The notes beneath the pieces are model-generated. The model was not told the origin of the DNA, made no database searches, and saw nothing but the letters and a program-made list of their open reading frames with translations. The position numbers were made by a program, and so were the translations under genes. A stretch of 64,000 nucleotides of DNA from positions 496,001 to 560,000 of the forward strand of contig MU056000.1 of assembly GCA_013239625.1 (NCBI GenBank), read 5' to 3'. Shown piece by piece: positions 59,533 to 64,000 of this stretch. Within the stretch, counting starts at the first letter, position 1. Each line of letters starts with the position of its first letter. The stretch is from Lama guanicoe. Taxonomy: Eukaryota.

Positions 59533-62026
59533 AAGGTGTTTATATATCTTCTCACTGGCCTCCCCTTGGTTATGCTTTCCCTGCACGGGTCTCATGGTGG
59601 AGTCATTTCCCCAGCAGGTGGCCTGGATCCCCCCCCAGGAACTCATTCATAACCGTGCCCTGCAGGCCTGCCACTGGCTGAGCTGCCCGTGGTGTGTCGC
59701 CCTGATGTGTGTTTCCAGGCCCCCTGCACGGGCATAGCAGCCTTTCTGCGGCAAGGTCCGAGTGCAGGTCCTTGGGGACCCTCTCAGGGGTCAGGGTGTT
59801 TTTGGGGGTGACTGCCAACAAATAAACCTCCATAGACCAGGGCACGTGGTGTGTGATAGCAGAACTATGAACCGCTGTGGTGGGGTGAGGTGAGGATGGA
59901 GGTGAGCATGGAGACAGGAGCCATTTTCGCTTTCTGGCCTGACACAGGAAGCAGGTTATGGCAGCGTGCTGCCGCGGGAGGTCTACAGATGTTTATTTCA
60001 GGAGAACCTTTGATCCCCAACGACTGAGTTTCTAGATGTAAATTCCACATTTGGTTACTCAGCCTGGGTACACGGCCCTGACCCGGAAGCACCGATGGGC
60101 GAAGCCCAGGGATCTGGAAGCCTGGTGTGAGCTTGGAAGGAGGAGGCTGAAAGCCTGTGTGTGTTGTGCAGAAGCCGCGCCCGGATGCTGCGTGGTCCTT
60201 ACTCTTTCGCTTTAAAATCAGAAATTCACAGCCACGTGCACAGTGGCCCCTGAATGGAAACCCTCCGTGGGCCTCACTGTGCTGGGACTACTGAGCCCAT
60301 AAAACAGCACGTCACATTTGAAACTGTTCAGCCGCCGCAGCCGGGACTCCCACCGCCAAGCCGCCCTGGCGTCGCAGACAGACGCGCTGCCCCAGCGCCT
60401 TCCAGTCCGCTCTGCCGGCAGCCCAGGCGGAAAGTGCCTCCATCTCCCTCGCGGTGCTTCTGATGAGAAGGAGCCCGGGGCAGGTGCGCCCCCGCCAGCC
60501 CTCGGTCCTGCATTGCCAGAAGCCCCACCCCCGACTTGGTAAAAGAGGCCCCGGGTTCTCTGCCACCTGAGGCCACTGTTCCCCCTCCACCTGCTGCCCC
60601 ACCTGCCTCCTTCCTCTTCTTCCCCCCAGCCCTCACTGCCATCACCCTGCAGCACGCTTGACCTTTGACCCTTGACCCTGGTGCTTCTCCCTCTCCCCGC
60701 CTTGGGGTTTCTCAAGTCCCACCCCTTGCCTTTTCCCGCATGGTCCAGTTCTGTCCAGTGCGTGATGACCGCAAGCCTCCCCCACCCCTCACCCCACACC
60801 AGTCCTGTCCACGTCCAGTGTCCTGACAGCCCTGAGCAGGAGTTCAGGTGCCCCCGACCCCGGCCCAGGTCATCCTGGCCTGAATGTCACATTGTCCCCT
60901 GCTCCCCGCCCAGCCCCAGGCGCCTCCTAAACTGCCTCCCCTGGCCGTGCCCCTTTGCCGCGCAGGGGGCAGCCCACGGGGGAGCAGCTGGTGCGGCTGC
61001 AGAGAGGCGCCTGGGCGCCTGGGAGCACGTTTGCTGGTGATGGGGTGTCGGAGGAGAGGTCCAGCTTGTTTCTGACTTTGGGGAGACACCTGGTGATGGC
61101 ACCTTCTAGATCATATACGTGGCTCTGGGCATGGGACCTGCAGGCCCTGTGGCCCCAGACATCTGCCCAGCATAGAGACCAGCCTCTCCTGGGGGACCTG
61201 GGGAGCATCCCCGCCCTCCCCCAGAGGAGCCCCTCTCCCCTCTCTCTCCCCCTCTGTCTTCCTCCTCCTCGACCCTCACTTGGACTCCCATCCACACTGA
61301 GTCCCCTTCTGCCCCACTCAGTGCCCCTCATCTCGGGACTCGGGAATTCCCCCAGTCCGCGGGGGCGGCCGTCACGGAGCCAGGATTTCCAGATCCCTAG
61401 AGGTTTTGCACATGAGGCACAAGGCAGCTGCAGCCCCCGTGGAGGGGGTCACACCCTGTTTTCGGGGAAAGGAGGCGGTTCCAGGAGCAGTGGCAGGGGG
61501 ACAATGGTCATCCCCACGTGGTTGGCGGCACAGCCCCGCTCTCCATGGGGGACGCCCTGGAGACTTGTCACAGCAACACATCCTTGAGGCTGTTCACAGA
61601 AAGGAAACTGCGCTCTTGGTCCTCTGGACTCAACACCCACTGGAATTCTGAGCGGAGTCAATACCGGATGCGCCAGCCGAAGCTCCCTGTTCTTAGGGGT
61701 CTGTGAAGGGTCCACCTGTGGAGCGGACATGCGTCTCTCCTCCTTGCATCTCTCCTCGCGTCTCCAGCTGTGACCGTGGCTTTGAAGCCAGGCCGCAGTC
61801 TCTCTGCCCCCTCAAGCCAGAGGAGCTGGTCGTTGAGCTGGGGTTCATGGCCAATATATTTCTGCATTTGTCTCCCGCCCGGTTTCGGGGTGTAGCCCCC
61901 CTCGAGCATGTGCATGGTAAGAACCGCTCCTGCGTCCCAGCTTTGCTCCCTTGAAGGACGTGGAGGCCGTGTGGCCAGGCAGCTGGTTCCGGACTGGAGA
62001 CCAGTCACAGCTTCTGGACGACGCTG

Positions 62027-62445
62027 GACTGAATAGCAGCCCTGAACACGTGCTCATACGCCTTCCTGGAGCCTATGACTGACACCCGACAGAAAAGGGG
62101 TCTTGGCAGACGGGATTAAGAGAGGGATCTTGAGACGGAAGTTGTCCTGGTGGCACTGACTGCCCCCACGTCTCTCTGTGAGGGCGAGGCTGTGGGGCTC
62201 CGATGGACCACATGGGAGAGACTGCGACCACCAGCTGAGGTTGGAGGGACGCGGCCACAGGCCCAGGGACACCAGGGCCCCTGGGAGCCTGAGAAGGCAG
62301 GAAGGAGCCTCCCCGGAGCCTCCAAAAGGAGCTCCCGTGACACCTGGATACCAGGCTTCTGGCCCCGGAATTGGAAGAGGGTAAATTCCTTTTGTTTGAA
62401 GCTGCCCCGTTTGTGGCCGTTTGTCACAGCAGCCCAGACGCTGAC
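62027..62445 (+). mobile_element. MaLR LTR (MLT1B/C-like)
   Basis: AAAAGGGGTCTTGGCAGACGGGATTAAG...GATCTTGAGACGG...GCGGCCACAGGCCCAGGGAC...GTTTGTGGCCGTTTGTCACAGCAGCC. Confidence 0.8.
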
Positions 62446-64000
62446 CTGCTGTCCCCCAGGCGCTCTATCCCTGATAGCTCCTGCTTACTGAAGCCCAGGC
62501 CCCCCGCACCCCTGTGCTTACTTGCACGGAGCACCTAGATTGAACTATGCTGGGTCTTCAAAGGGAAGCTCAGGGCAGGTTTCATCTGTTCAGAAAGAAG
62601 AGATGCCCACCCTTCTTGGGACAAACCCAGGCCTGGACTAACCGCGAGGGCTGCCGCCTGGAGGCCTTTCGTTCTCCTGGAGCTTCTGGGGGGTGTGACA
62701 GAAGCTCTTGGGGGTCAGAATGTGAGCCCCAGGCCCGTTAGCCACTGAGCACCTGCCACAGACCCGTGTCCACGCCAGGACCTCGGGTGGATCCTGAGTT
62801 CAGAAGCCGAGCCCCCAGTGGATGCCGGACACACTCCCAGCCCGTGTCCAGGGCTGCCCAGCTGGCTCTGCTTGGAGGCATGATCACACGCCATGCAGCC
62901 AGAGGAAAGGGGGGGCCAGCCCGTGGGGTTTTCACAGGGGTGTCCCCTCCCTGGGGCCTCATGTTTCCAACAGACCATAAGGTTGGGCCAGGGCACTCAG
63001 AGGTTTTTAACCAGACTGTAGCAGGCAGACGATGGAGCGGGTCTTCTCACGGCACTCGCCTGGCCCAGGTCTCCATGGGGGCAGCAGTAACTCCGGCCGC
63101 CCCGGTTTCCTGGAGGACTTCCCGGGAGCCAGGAGATGGGAAACGGAGAGCTTTTGCTCTGTCAAGAGTGTGGGGTTTCCAAGGTCAGCAGGCGGCCCTG
63201 AAGACCCAGGAAGGTGATCACAGATGCACCAAAGTCTGAAGGAATATGTGAACGTTGACAGTGGAAAAGCAGATGCATTCAGGAGGTGGTTATTTGTGTC
63301 GCCGAAGGTTTCCCCTCCGATCACCGGGACATCCCCACGCCCATGTGGCCTGAAACAGGAGTCCATCTCCTGCGCCTCGACCAGGGTGTGTGTGGCCCCC
63401 CCAGACCTGGCACCACAGGGTGGACAGCCCAGCGCCGATGCAGGGTGGGGACCCCTGGACCACCTGGGAGGCCGGGAACTGAGATCTCGGGGGAAATCTC
63501 TGACATCTCCGTGCCCATGGGCAGCGGTGGGAAACGTCTGGTGGGCCTGACCTGGACAGATGGGCTGTACTGGGCCTCAGAGCAGGACCTATCCAGGTCA
63601 GGGGCCACCTCCCGGGAGGACAGAGAACTCAGTTCTGTGCTGTGGCTCGTGAAGCAGACGGCCTCGGGAGTCTGAGTTTAGGACAGAGTCATGGCAGGCT
63701 GTGTGGGTGGTGGCCTCTGGGGGCAGTGACCCACGAGCCTGGGGTCTCCCCGAGAGCCCCTGCAGGGTGAGAGGGGCAGGGATGGGACCATGGGGGCCCT
63801 GATCCCATCCCCGGGGCCAGCAGGGCGCCCGGCAGGCGCTGGAGAGTGAACGCACGATGCTGCAGGGCTGCAGGAGGTGGGAGCCAGGAGGCGAGGGGAC
63901 AGCAGCCCAGGCCGGGCCCAGGGGTCAGCAGAGCCGACATCACATACGGTGCCAAGGACCCTCTCCAGGCAGGAGGGAGGGGCGAGGGTGGGGGCCAGAA

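Noticed and set aside
59187-59737. Cys/Val/His-rich ORFs
   Set aside because: Translations of the (TG/CA)n tract.
52711-62445. Inverted MLT1 pair in NKD2 intron 3 as a dsRNA or circRNA driver
   Set aside because: The copies are old, mutually diverged, ~9 kb apart and flank no exon.
46188-64000. Further NKD2 exons (ELPNGDPKEG..., EF-hand)
   Set aside because: No matching peptide seen; intron 3 is long in other mammals, so exon 4 probably lies beyond the window.

Overview
GC- and CpG-rich mammalian genomic DNA, most likely camelid (alpaca/llama/camel), judged from three copies of a tRNA-derived SINE resembling camelid Vic-1. It is syntenic with human 5p15.33. The window holds the last six coding exons and 3' UTR of TRIP13 (+ strand, 85-~6350), about 39 kb of intergenic DNA, then the CpG-island promoter and first three coding exons of NKD2 (+ strand, 45628-46187). 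The long NKD2 intron 3 runs off the end of the window. The intergenic and intronic DNA is full of old, strongly GC-shifted L1, MaLR/ERV LTR, MER3 and L2 remnants, plus simple repeats and two N gaps. Nearly all ORFs in the six-frame track are artefacts of high GC. I found no prokaryote-type system and cannot claim a new biological system. The best unexplained signal is a cryptic, highly decayed ~40-42 bp tandem array (~22 units, 8090-8960) that may be the fossil of a repeat-protein exon on the minus strand. Other leads: a built-in truncated TRIP13 isoform by intron-9 read-through, signs of GC-biased gene conversion in both L1 fossils and TRIP13 protein, and a (GCC)n run in the NKD2 5' leader that ends in an assembly gap. 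Repeat family names and cross-species comparisons are from memory, not database searches; repeat boundaries are approximate.
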